DNA of 24,000 bases from Actinocrinis sp. (lineage in GTDB: Bacteria > Actinomycetota > Actinomycetes > Streptomycetales > Catenulisporaceae), in the NCBI RefSeq assembly GCF_035653575.1, contig NZ_DASRBQ010000006.1, positions 30,325 through 54,324 on the forward strand, read 5' to 3'. This document shows positions 8,704-16,248 of this stretch, piece after piece. Every line of letters begins with the position of its first letter. Position 1 is the first letter of the stretch. Position numbers and translations under genes: made by a program. The notes under the pieces were generated by a model that had not been told where the DNA came from, did not search any database, and saw only the letters and a list, made by a program, of their open reading frames with translations.

Positions 8704-8766
8704 TTTCCGTTACCTTAGCGACGATTCGGGACGCTACTGGCGTTAACTCCCCGGCTGTCGCATGCT

Positions 8767-9471
8767 GTGACCGTGAGAGTATCACGAGAGCATAACGGAT
8801 CAGCACCGAAGCTATATATCGAATTCGAGGACGACGAGGCGGCGAACGAGCCCGGCGAGGCGAAACTCGTCAGCGAGCGCGAGGTCATCGGCAGCCTCGC
8901 GCCCGGCCGCGCGAGGGTGTGGAGACCGCCACGCCGGGCTTGGACTTTGGCCGCGCTGCCGCCTCGTTACCGCAAGCTCGCCGTCGGCGCCGTCGTGCTG
9001 GCCGGCCTGACCGGGACCGTCAGCAACGCGCTGGTCGCGCAGGCGGCGCAGCGTCAGGCGGCGCGAGCAACGGTCACGGTCTTGGACGCGGCCTACTCAC
9101 CGAGCGCGGACGACCAGAGCCTCAACTTGCTCATCGATCTCGCGGACACGGGCAACGGCGCCGTGACGGTCACTCAGCTCGAGGCGCGCCAGTCCGATCT
9201 GAGTTTGAGCTACATCGGAAGCCCGGTGAGCCTCAACCGCACCCAGCAGCTGGAGGTCACGCTCTCCGGCGCCTACGACTGCTCCGCGGGCACGCCGGAC
9301 AGCGCCGCTTCGACCAAGCCGGACGCGCAGCCGGGCGTGCTGCACATGACCGTGCGCAGCGTCCAGGGCAACGTGACCTCGGCGGATGTTCCGCTCCCGG
9401 CGAACGCGCTGCTGCCCGACCACTGGCGGAGCGGCCGGGCAGCGTATTGCGCGATGCTGTGGGACAACTGA
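8767..9471 (+). CDS. Uncharacterised single-pass membrane protein (paralog A): acidic N-terminal IEFEDD motif, one TM helix, extracytoplasmic about 140-aa domain with 2 Cys
   Basis: 234 aa with a GTG start (8767 or 8773). The TM segment is LAVGAVVLAGLTGTVSNALV. GC3 is high from about 8830 onward. It shares its architecture and the IEFEDD motif with ORF 10936-11751. I recognise no family. Confidence 0.6.
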   Translation: MTVRVSREHNGSAPKLYIEFEDDEAANEPGEAKLVSEREVIGSLAPGRARVWRPPRRAWTLAALPPRYRKLAVGAVVLAGLTGTVSNALVAQAAQRQAARATVTVLDAAYSPSADDQSLNLLIDLADTGNGAVTVTQLEARQSDLSLSYIGSPVSLNRTQQLEVTLSGAYDCSAGTPDSAASTKPDAQPGVLHMTVRSVQGNVTSADVPLPANALLPDHWRSGRAAYCAMLWDN

Positions 9472-9489
9472 CGAGGCGTCAGGTAATTG

Positions 9490-9503
9490 CCCCTTTTGAG
9501 GGG
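9490..9503. terminator. Weak short hairpin between the convergent genes at 8767-9471 and 9513-10772
   Basis: CCCCT-TTTG-AGGGG forms only a 5-bp stem, in a locally AT-rich spacer. Confidence 0.25.
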
Positions 9504-9512
9504 ACCTGTACG

Positions 9513-10772
9513 TTAGGCGACCGGGTTCCAGTAGTCGCCCGCCATCACGATGTACACGAGCATCTTGATGGTCTGGCCGTAGTACCCGTCGCCGAACGGG
9601 TTGGTGGCCAGGTAGTTCCACAGCGTGTCGGTCCAGGCCTGGTCCCCCGCCGCCATCGCGGCCGGACCCACCGAGTCGCCGGCCTCCTCCGCCTGGTCGC
9701 TCGTCGAATAGGCCGTGCAGCCGAGTTTGATGTGCGGGTACACGTTCTGCGGGTTGCCGCCGGAGACCTTCTTCGCGCAGGCCGACCACTTCTTGGCGTC
9801 GTTGTAGGCCACTGACGCCGTCGACGCGCCATAGAGCAGCGCGTCGGTACCCATGTGCCACGGGACCCGGATGGAGTTGTAGCCGACGATGTTGTCCGGC
9901 TGGTCCTCCTGGTAGTTGGCGGGCGCGGGCTTCGGGCTGGTGGTGTTCGCGTTGACCACGAAGTCGGAGAGCAGGCCGTAGGTCGGCGAGTACGACGCGG
10001 TGAACTCGGAGACGATCGCCTCGGTGCGCGAGACCACCTTCGCCCAGTCGTGCGCGGTGTCGTACGCGGCGAACGCGCGCAGGTGATCGAGCATCATGTC
10101 GCTGGGCCGGGTGTCGGTGCTCGGGCCGTCGTCCTCGCACTTGAGGTGGCCGTCGGAGGTCACGTCGTGCGCGTAGATGTTGGCCAGCCAGGTCTTCGCG
10201 GCCGAGGTGTAGCCGCCCCACTGCTTGTCCGCGAGGATCAGGCCGTAGCCGACGTCGAGGTCGCCGTCGGTGGCGGCGTCGGGCGTGCCGCTGTCGGCGT
10301 ACTTGCAGGTCTTGCCGTCCAGCTGCCACTGCATCAGGCCGTACTGATCCTCGTGGTCCTTGACCAGCTGCCACAGGCCGTTGAACTCGGTCTGCGCGTT
10401 GGCGTCGTACCCGGCCATCAGCGGCACGATGTTCATGCCGTAGCCCTGGCCTTCGGAGACCGGGCCGTTGTTAGGCGCGTCGCCGTCGCCCTTGGTCGAC
10501 ACGTAGTACTCGTTCGAGGCGCAGCCGTGTACCAGGTAGGTCGACTTCCAAGCGTTGTACGCGGCCTCGACCTTGGCGTCCTTCGTGGACTGAGACGCCG
10601 ACGGCGTGACGCCGACCTTGTAGGTGACGTGTGTGGGGAAGGCGTGCGTGGGTGTAGCGGCTTGTGCGCCGGTCGCCGCGAGGCCGATCATGCATCCGGC
10701 AGCTGCGGTTACCGCGGTCGTCGCCGCGATGAACCGGTGCTGCGCGAGATACGCCATGGTGCGCGAAGCCAT
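9513..10772 (-). CDS. Secreted glycoside hydrolase family 8 (endoglucanase / chitosanase-type)
   Basis: PVSEGQGYGM matches the region around the GH8 catalytic Glu. ATDGDLDVGYGLILADKQW is a near match to the GH8 PROSITE-type signature. The start is set at ATG 10772 (AAGGAG 7 nt upstream). The N-terminus MASRTMAYLAQHRFIAATTAVTAAAGCMIGLAATGAQA looks like a Sec signal peptide. Confidence 0.85.
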   Translation of the reverse strand: MASRTMAYLAQHRFIAATTAVTAAAGCMIGLAATGAQAATPTHAFPTHVTYKVGVTPSASQSTKDAKVEAAYNAWKSTYLVHGCASNEYYVSTKGDGDAPNNGPVSEGQGYGMNIVPLMAGYDANAQTEFNGLWQLVKDHEDQYGLMQWQLDGKTCKYADSGTPDAATDGDLDVGYGLILADKQWGGYTSAAKTWLANIYAHDVTSDGHLKCEDDGPSTDTRPSDMMLDHLRAFAAYDTAHDWAKVVSRTEAIVSEFTASYSPTYGLLSDFVVNANTTSPKPAPANYQEDQPDNIVGYNSIRVPWHMGTDALLYGASTASVAYNDAKKWSACAKKVSGGNPQNVYPHIKLGCTAYSTSDQAEEAGDSVGPAAMAAGDQAWTDTLWNYLATNPFGDGYYGQTIKMLVYIVMAGDYWNPVA

Positions 10773-10834
10773 CTGCTCGCTCCTTGAGGGTATGCGCCCG
10801 GAATCGCGCCGCACGCCGGGCCGTCCAAGACTCA

Positions 10835-10855
10835 AGTTAGATAACTTTCCTAACT
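10835..10855. promoter_or_regulatory. AT-rich inverted repeat AGTTAG-N9-CTAACT in the divergent GH8 / paralog-B promoter region; candidate operator
   Basis: Perfect 6-bp arms at 10835-10840 and 10850-10855, in a locally AT-rich patch of a high-GC genome. The repeat lies about 60 nt upstream of the GH8 start codon. Confidence 0.35.
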
Positions 10856-10935
10856 CGCTCGCTTAGCTTCGCGGCGGAGCGGAACTCTGTCAAGGGGCGT
10901 TCCACAGCAGCCGCTTACATCGGACACTGGACTGC

Positions 10936-11751
10936 ATGAGGCGCAAGGCTGGCGGTCAGACGGCGGAACCGCGCGGCTTCGGCCGGACGAACCGCGGCGG
11001 TGAGCGAAGCGCTCGATCCGGGGCGGAAACCGGGTCCGGCTATGAGATCGCGGTGGATGACATCGAGCCGTACGGTCACGACCGCGACCGCATACAGGCA
11101 CACGACGAGGACGCGCAGGGCGCACTGGAGATCGAGTTCGAGGACGACAACAGCCCAGCAACGCCCCTCTCCCCCGCCGGCCGCTCTCGTGACCTGCGTC
11201 CGGCCGCGATGACCACACTCGCCGTCGCGGTGCTCGGCGCGGCGCTATGGGCGACGCATGGCACGACGGCGCCCGCCCCGAACGTCCCGCTCCACCTCGC
11301 GACGATCGCCCCGCCGCCGGACTACGCCGCCTTCAGCGTCACCGTCGCATACCGCGACGCGTACATCGTCTCCGTGCCGCAGCGCAGGATCGACGTCAAT
11401 CTGCGCGTCACGCCGGTGCGGGGCGCGAGCGTGCGGATCATCGCCTACTACGTGAGCGAGAACGGCGTGACGGCACGCGCCGACCCGCCGCCGTCTGTCG
11501 CGCCGCTGCCCCCGGCAGGCGCGAACGTGCGGCTGGAGCTCACCGTGACGAACTGCGCCACGGTCCCCATCGGCGAGTCGATGGGCTTCGTGGACGTGGT
11601 CGCGGACGGCCCGGCCGGCGTCATCGACCGGTTCACCATCCTCGGTGAGCGGTACTCCCTCGACCTGGCCGACTTGCTGCGGCAGGTGTGCCCCGGCCGC
11701 GCGAGCAGTCAGGCCCCGCACACGATCGGTGTGGTCGTGGCAGGGTCCTGA
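10936..11751 (+). CDS. Uncharacterised single-pass membrane protein (paralog B of 8767-9471)
   Basis: 271 aa as drawn. LEIEFEDD is followed by the TM helix MTTLAVAVLGAALWA and an extracytoplasmic domain with 2 Cys (LELTVTNC ... LLRQVC). The start is uncertain: ATG 10936 has no Shine-Dalgarno, and an in-frame GTG lies near 11053. Confidence 0.55.
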   Translation: MRRKAGGQTAEPRGFGRTNRGGERSARSGAETGSGYEIAVDDIEPYGHDRDRIQAHDEDAQGALEIEFEDDNSPATPLSPAGRSRDLRPAAMTTLAVAVLGAALWATHGTTAPAPNVPLHLATIAPPPDYAAFSVTVAYRDAYIVSVPQRRIDVNLRVTPVRGASVRIIAYYVSENGVTARADPPPSVAPLPPAGANVRLELTVTNCATVPIGESMGFVDVVADGPAGVIDRFTILGERYSLDLADLLRQVCPGRASSQAPHTIGVVVAGS

Positions 11752-11783
11752 CCGCTCGGCGCGGGGCCTGGCGACGGCGCGGG

Positions 11784-12497
11784 CTATTCCTCGCCGAGGT
11801 ACGTCTTGCGCACCTGCTCGTCATGCAGCAGTTCCGAGCCGCGGCCGGACAGCGCGATGCGGCCGACCTCCAGCACGTGCCCCTCGTCCGCGAGCGAGAG
11901 CGCGGCCTGCGCGTTCTGCTCGACCAGCAGGATGGTCGTGCCGGCGGACTTGAGCTCCGCGATGGTGTCCATGATCTGCTTCATCATGATCGGCGAGAGG
12001 CCCATGGACGGCTCGTCGAGCATGAGCAGCCGCGGCTTGCACATCAGCGCCCTGGCCATGGCGAGCATCTGCTGCTCGCCGCCGGAGAGCGTGCCCGCGG
12101 CCTGGGACCGCCGCTCGCCGAGGATCGGGAACATCGTGTACGCCCTGGACACGTCGTCCGCGATGCCCGGCGCGTCCTTGCGCAGGTACGCACCGAGCAG
12201 CAGGTTCTCCTCGATGGTCATGCGCGGGAAGATGTGCCGCCCCTCCGGGGAGTGGGCGAGCCCGAGCTCGACGATCTGGTGCGCCGGGGTGTTCTGGATC
12301 GGCTTGCCCTCGAAGGTGATCGAGCCCGCCGAGGGCCGCAGCAGCCCGGAGATGGTGCGCAGGGTCGTGGTCTTGCCGGCGCCGTTCGTGCCGATCAGGG
12401 TGACGACCTGGCCCTGCTCCACGGAGAAGCTGATGCCCTTGACGGCCTCGATCTTGCCGTAGGCGACGTGCAGGTCGTGGACCTCCAACAGGGCCAT
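11784..12497 (-). CDS. livF: Branched-chain amino-acid ABC transporter ATP-binding protein (LivF type)
   Basis: 237 aa with Walker A GTNGAGKTT, signature LSGGEQQML and Walker B LLMLDEPS. Its start overlaps the livG stop (TGATG). Confidence 0.9.
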   Translation of the reverse strand: MALLEVHDLHVAYGKIEAVKGISFSVEQGQVVTLIGTNGAGKTTTLRTISGLLRPSAGSITFEGKPIQNTPAHQIVELGLAHSPEGRHIFPRMTIEENLLLGAYLRKDAPGIADDVSRAYTMFPILGERRSQAAGTLSGGEQQMLAMARALMCKPRLLMLDEPSMGLSPIMMKQIMDTIAELKSAGTTILLVEQNAQAALSLADEGHVLEVGRIALSGRGSELLHDEQVRKTYLGEE

Positions 12498-13384
12498 CAG
12501 GAGGCCGTCCCTTCGTCCTCGCCGGCCGCGCGCACCGTGGCGCCGTCGCCGTCGCCGGCCGCGCCGCGGTCCGCGGCGTCATCCTCGTACGGCGTGCCGA
12601 GGTACGCCGCGATGACCCGCTCGTCCGCGCGGACCACCTCGGGCGTGCCCTCGACCAGCTTGCGGCCCTGCACCAGCACCGCGACCCGGTCGCAGAGGCC
12701 GAAGATGAACCGCATGTCGTGCTCGATCACCACCACGGCCAGGCCGCGCTCGCGGATCTTGAACACGACTTCCTGGGTGGCCCTGGTCTCCTGCGGGTTC
12801 ATGCCCGCGGTCGGCTCGTCGAGCAGGATCAGGCCCGGGTCGCTGGCCATCGCCCGGGCGATCTCCAGCTTGCGCTGGTCGCCGTAGGGCAGGTTGCGGG
12901 CCAGCGAGTTCGCGTGCCTGCCGATGCCGAGGAAGTCCAGCAGCTCGCGGGCGTTGTCCCGGGACTCGCGCTCGGCCGACCGGTAGCGCGGGCCGCGCCC
13001 GATCGCCGAGAACAGCCCCTCCTTGGTGCGGCAGTGCCGGCCGACCATGACGTTCTCGAGCACGGTCATGTTCGCGAACAGCCGGATGTTCTGGAAGGTG
13101 CGCGCGATGCCCGCCTGGGTCACCCGGTAGGGCTTGGCGGGCAGCACCGCGCCCTTGTACCGCACCTCGCCAGAGGTGGGCACGTAGAGACCGGTCAGGC
13201 AGTTGAAGAAGGTGGTCTTGCCGGCGCCGTTCGGACCGATCAGACCGACGATCTCCCGGTCGCCGACGGTCAGGTCCACGCCGTCGACGGCGGTCAGCCC
13301 GCCGAACCGCATGGTCACGCCGCGCGCTTCGAGCACCGCGGTGCCGACTCGGTCGGCCGGCTCGGTGGTCGTCAGGGTGGTCAT
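12497..13384 (-). CDS. livG: Branched-chain amino-acid ABC transporter ATP-binding protein (LivG type) with an acidic Gly/Ala-rich C-terminal tail
   Basis: 295 aa with Walker A GPNGAGKTT, LPYGDQRKLEIARA and LILLDEPTAGMN. Its ATG overlaps the livM stop (ATGA). Confidence 0.9.
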   Translation of the reverse strand: MTTLTTTEPADRVGTAVLEARGVTMRFGGLTAVDGVDLTVGDREIVGLIGPNGAGKTTFFNCLTGLYVPTSGEVRYKGAVLPAKPYRVTQAGIARTFQNIRLFANMTVLENVMVGRHCRTKEGLFSAIGRGPRYRSAERESRDNARELLDFLGIGRHANSLARNLPYGDQRKLEIARAMASDPGLILLDEPTAGMNPQETRATQEVVFKIRERGLAVVVIEHDMRFIFGLCDRVAVLVQGRKLVEGTPEVVRADERVIAAYLGTPYEDDAADRGAAGDGDGATVRAAGEDEGTAS

Positions 13385-15162
13385 GCCACGGCCTCCGCTT
13401 CCGGCGCCTCGGATGCGACGACCTCATGGGCCTCCGCCTCGGCGACCTCCTCCGCGTGGAACTCCAGCTGCCTGCGCTTGTTGGGCACCAGGCCCTCCGG
13501 CCGGAAGCGCATCATCAGGATCAGCGCGAGGCCGAACAGCAGCAGCTGCTTGTTCTGGAAGAACTGGAACTTGGCCGGCACCAGGTAGAGCAGCGCCGCG
13601 CCGAGCAGCGGACCGCTGATCGTGCCCATGCCGCCGAGCACGACGGCCGCGAGCAGGAACGCGGAGTTCGGCGGGGCGGACGCGGAGAACAGGTACTGGT
13701 CCGGAGTCACCGTGTTGAGCAGGTGCGCGTTGATGGTGCCCGCGAACCCGGCCAGCGCGGCGCCGAGGCCGAAGGCCAGCAGCTTGAAACGGTAGCCGTG
13801 GATGCCCATCGCGCCGGCCGCCGTCTCGTCCTCGCGGATCGCGACCCAGGCGCGGCCGATGCGCGAGTCGTTGACCCGCGCGAAGATGAACACCACGATC
13901 GCCATCGCGACCAGCAGCAGCAGGTAGTAGTTGCCGAACTTGCCGAAGGTCACCCCGAAGAGCTGGTGATTCTTGCCGAAGTCGTAGCCGAACAGCTTCA
14001 GGTCCGGCACGCCGTAGACGCCCTCTGGCCCGTTGGTCAGGTCCGGCCCCGACTGGCCGTTGAGGTTGTTGACCACGATCCGGAAGATCTCGCCGAAGCC
14101 GAGGGTGACGATCGCCAGGTAGTCGCCGCGCAGCCGAAGCGTCGGGGCGCCGATGATGACGCCCGCGATGATCGAGACGCTCACGCCGATCAGGATCTGG
14201 CCCCAGAACGGCAGCACCGTGTGCGCGTACCGCGATGACAAGGCACCGGAGACCAGTGCCGCGCTGTATGCGCCGACGCCGAGGAACGCGACATATCCGA
14301 GGTCGAGCAGGCCGGCGAGACCCACCACGATGTTCAGGCCGAGAGCGACCGTCGCGAAGATCAGGATGTCGTCCGCGATGGTGTTGTACTGGTCAGAGGT
14401 CTGCAGGAACACGAACAGCAGCGCCGCGGCGAACGCGGCCACGGACGTCGCGATCCGGTTCCGCGCGGTCAGCTCGGTCAGCCGCGCCAGGACCCCGCTG
14501 GCGTTCAAGCCCCAGGCTGCGAATCCGACCGCCAGCGCGAAGCCGATGAACTCCTCGGTGAAGCCGGTGGTGATGCCGTAGTCGGCGATGAACATCGCGA
14601 GGATGATCGCGACGAGGATGATCGCCGACTGCGCCCAGAGCGGGATCGACCGCGCCGGGGGCGCGTCGCGCTGGTCGTCGGGCAGCAGGAAGGACCCGGC
14701 GACCGGCAACAGCGTGGCGATCGCGGCGACCCAGGACCCGGAGACCCAGTTCGCCAGGCCGTTGAGCTCGATGGCGATGGCCAGCAGGACGTACCAGGTC
14801 GAGACGGCGTTCGCCAGGGCCAGGCCGCGCAGCAGCCGCACGTAGCCGCGCGGCGCGAGCCAACGCAGGCCAGGCACGCCGTAGACGGGACCGAGCGCGA
14901 GGATCAGCAGCACGCTGACGACGAGCGTGATGACCTGGTTGCCGCCCGGATAGCCGGTGACCGACAGGTCGCCGGGGAAGGACGAGGTCCAGGTCCAGGC
15001 AAGGAATGTCGAGACCAGCGAGACGACGGCACCCACCGCGACGAGGGCCTTAGCGATGGCCGGGCTGACCGGGGAAGTGCCGTCCCTGCGCGCGGCGAGC
15101 GGGGTCTGCGGCGGCTGGGAGTCGGCACCCCACTGCGGTGCTTGTTCGGTCATGCCGCTCAC
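13381..15162 (-). CDS. livM: Branched-chain amino-acid ABC transporter permease (LivM type) with a long multi-TM N-terminal extension
   Basis: 593 aa. The C-terminal about 330 aa (ALGLNIVVGLAGLLDLGYVAFLGVGAY ... ) form the LivM/BPD_transp_2 core. The first about 240 aa are additional hydrophobic segments. The gene has 4-nt overlaps with livH and livG. Confidence 0.85.
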   Translation of the reverse strand: MSGMTEQAPQWGADSQPPQTPLAARRDGTSPVSPAIAKALVAVGAVVSLVSTFLAWTWTSSFPGDLSVTGYPGGNQVITLVVSVLLILALGPVYGVPGLRWLAPRGYVRLLRGLALANAVSTWYVLLAIAIELNGLANWVSGSWVAAIATLLPVAGSFLLPDDQRDAPPARSIPLWAQSAIILVAIILAMFIADYGITTGFTEEFIGFALAVGFAAWGLNASGVLARLTELTARNRIATSVAAFAAALLFVFLQTSDQYNTIADDILIFATVALGLNIVVGLAGLLDLGYVAFLGVGAYSAALVSGALSSRYAHTVLPFWGQILIGVSVSIIAGVIIGAPTLRLRGDYLAIVTLGFGEIFRIVVNNLNGQSGPDLTNGPEGVYGVPDLKLFGYDFGKNHQLFGVTFGKFGNYYLLLLVAMAIVVFIFARVNDSRIGRAWVAIREDETAAGAMGIHGYRFKLLAFGLGAALAGFAGTINAHLLNTVTPDQYLFSASAPPNSAFLLAAVVLGGMGTISGPLLGAALLYLVPAKFQFFQNKQLLLFGLALILMMRFRPEGLVPNKRRQLEFHAEEVAEAEAHEVVASEAPEAEAVA

Positions 15163-16112
15163 GCCCTGTCCGCCACGCGTTCGCCGAGCAGACCTTGCGG
15201 TCTAACCAGCAGGACGACGATCAGCAGCAGGAACGCCCACACGTCCTGCCACGCGGTACCCCACTGCTGGGTCGCGTGGTAGCTCGCCAGGACACCGGTG
15301 GTCACCTGTTCCGCGATGCCGAGCACCAGGCCGCCGACCATCGCGCCGTAGATGTTGCCGATGCCGCCGAGCACGGCCGCGGTGAACGCCTTGAGTCCGG
15401 CAGAGAAGCCCATGTCGAAGGAGACCTGCCCGAAGCGCAGGCCGTAGGTGATCGCCGCCACCGCCGCGAACGCGGCGCCGAGGACGAACGCGACGACGAT
15501 GACGCGATCGGTGTTGATGCCCATCAGCCGGGCAGTGTCAGGGTCTTGAGCGGTGGCTTGCATCGCGCGGCCGGTGCGGGTCTTCATGACGAAGTACGCG
15601 AGGTAGGCCATGCAGGCGAGGGCCACGATCACCGTCAGCAGGTCCGCGCGCTGGATCACCACGCCGCCGAGGTGCCACGGCTTGCTGCCGAAGGTCGGGA
15701 ACTGAAGCGGCGCGGTGACACCGGTATGACCCGGCTGCGGGTACCAGAGGAAGACGAGCTGCTGCAGCAGGATCGACACGCCGATGGCGGTGATCAGCGG
15801 AGCCAGACGCGGTGCGTTACGCAGTGGCCGGTAGGCGAAGCGTTCCGCGAGGACGGCGATGATCACTGATGCGATCATGCCTCCGACCAGCATGATGGGC
15901 AGCGCGGCGAGCAGCGGCAGGTGCTGGACCGCGGGGATCCACAGATAGACCGCCAGCGCGCCGAAGCCGCCGAACATGAAGAACTCGCCGTGGGCGAAGT
16001 TAATCAGCTGGATGATGCCGTAGACCATGGTGTAGCCGACGGCGATCAGTCCGTACATCGCGCCCTGCGCGATGCCGTTGGTCACCAGCTGAAGGAAGAC
16101 CGTGGTTGTCAC
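15159..16112 (-). CDS. livH: Branched-chain amino-acid ABC transporter permease (LivH type)
   Basis: 317 aa. LVTNGIAQGAMYGLIAVGYTMVYGIIQLINFAHGEF is the canonical LivH N-terminus. The start is GTG with GGAAGGA 6 nt upstream. Confidence 0.9.
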   Translation of the reverse strand: MTTTVFLQLVTNGIAQGAMYGLIAVGYTMVYGIIQLINFAHGEFFMFGGFGALAVYLWIPAVQHLPLLAALPIMLVGGMIASVIIAVLAERFAYRPLRNAPRLAPLITAIGVSILLQQLVFLWYPQPGHTGVTAPLQFPTFGSKPWHLGGVVIQRADLLTVIVALACMAYLAYFVMKTRTGRAMQATAQDPDTARLMGINTDRVIVVAFVLGAAFAAVAAITYGLRFGQVSFDMGFSAGLKAFTAAVLGGIGNIYGAMVGGLVLGIAEQVTTGVLASYHATQQWGTAWQDVWAFLLLIVVLLVRPQGLLGERVADRA

Positions 16113-16180
16113 GGGGCGTCCTTCCGGATCGGGACGGGGACGAAATCAAGGAAGCATCGCTGACGAGGTCAAGCATGGCC

Positions 16181-16214
16181 GCGCGGAGGGCGCTGTGGTA
16201 GCCGCCCTCCGCGC
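16181..16214 (-). terminator. Intercistronic GC-rich stem-loop between the binding-protein gene and livH (attenuating terminator or mRNA-stabilising hairpin)
   Basis: GCGCGGAGGGCG (16181-16192) pairs perfectly with CGCCCTCCGCGC (16203-16214) around a 10-nt loop. It lies 35 nt after the binding-protein gene stop, within a 136-nt gap. Confidence 0.5.
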
Positions 16215-16248
16215 TTGAGACCGGATGCCTCGTGGAGCCTGCCGAGCG

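Noticed and set aside
9097-10374. 425-aa minus-strand ORF, and the plus-strand ORFs at 8919-9815 and 9855-10787.
   Set aside because: These are alternate-frame or antisense reads of the GH8 gene and paralog A. They have no motifs, and the GH8 frame carries the catalytic-site signatures.
11688-13619. Plus-strand ORFs 11688-12887, 11806-12462, 12719-13588 and 13203-13619, and the minus-strand alternate frames 11821-12582 and 12579-13427.
   Set aside because: They overlap livF and livG, whose frames contain Walker A/B and ABC signature motifs. The alternatives are compositional artefacts.
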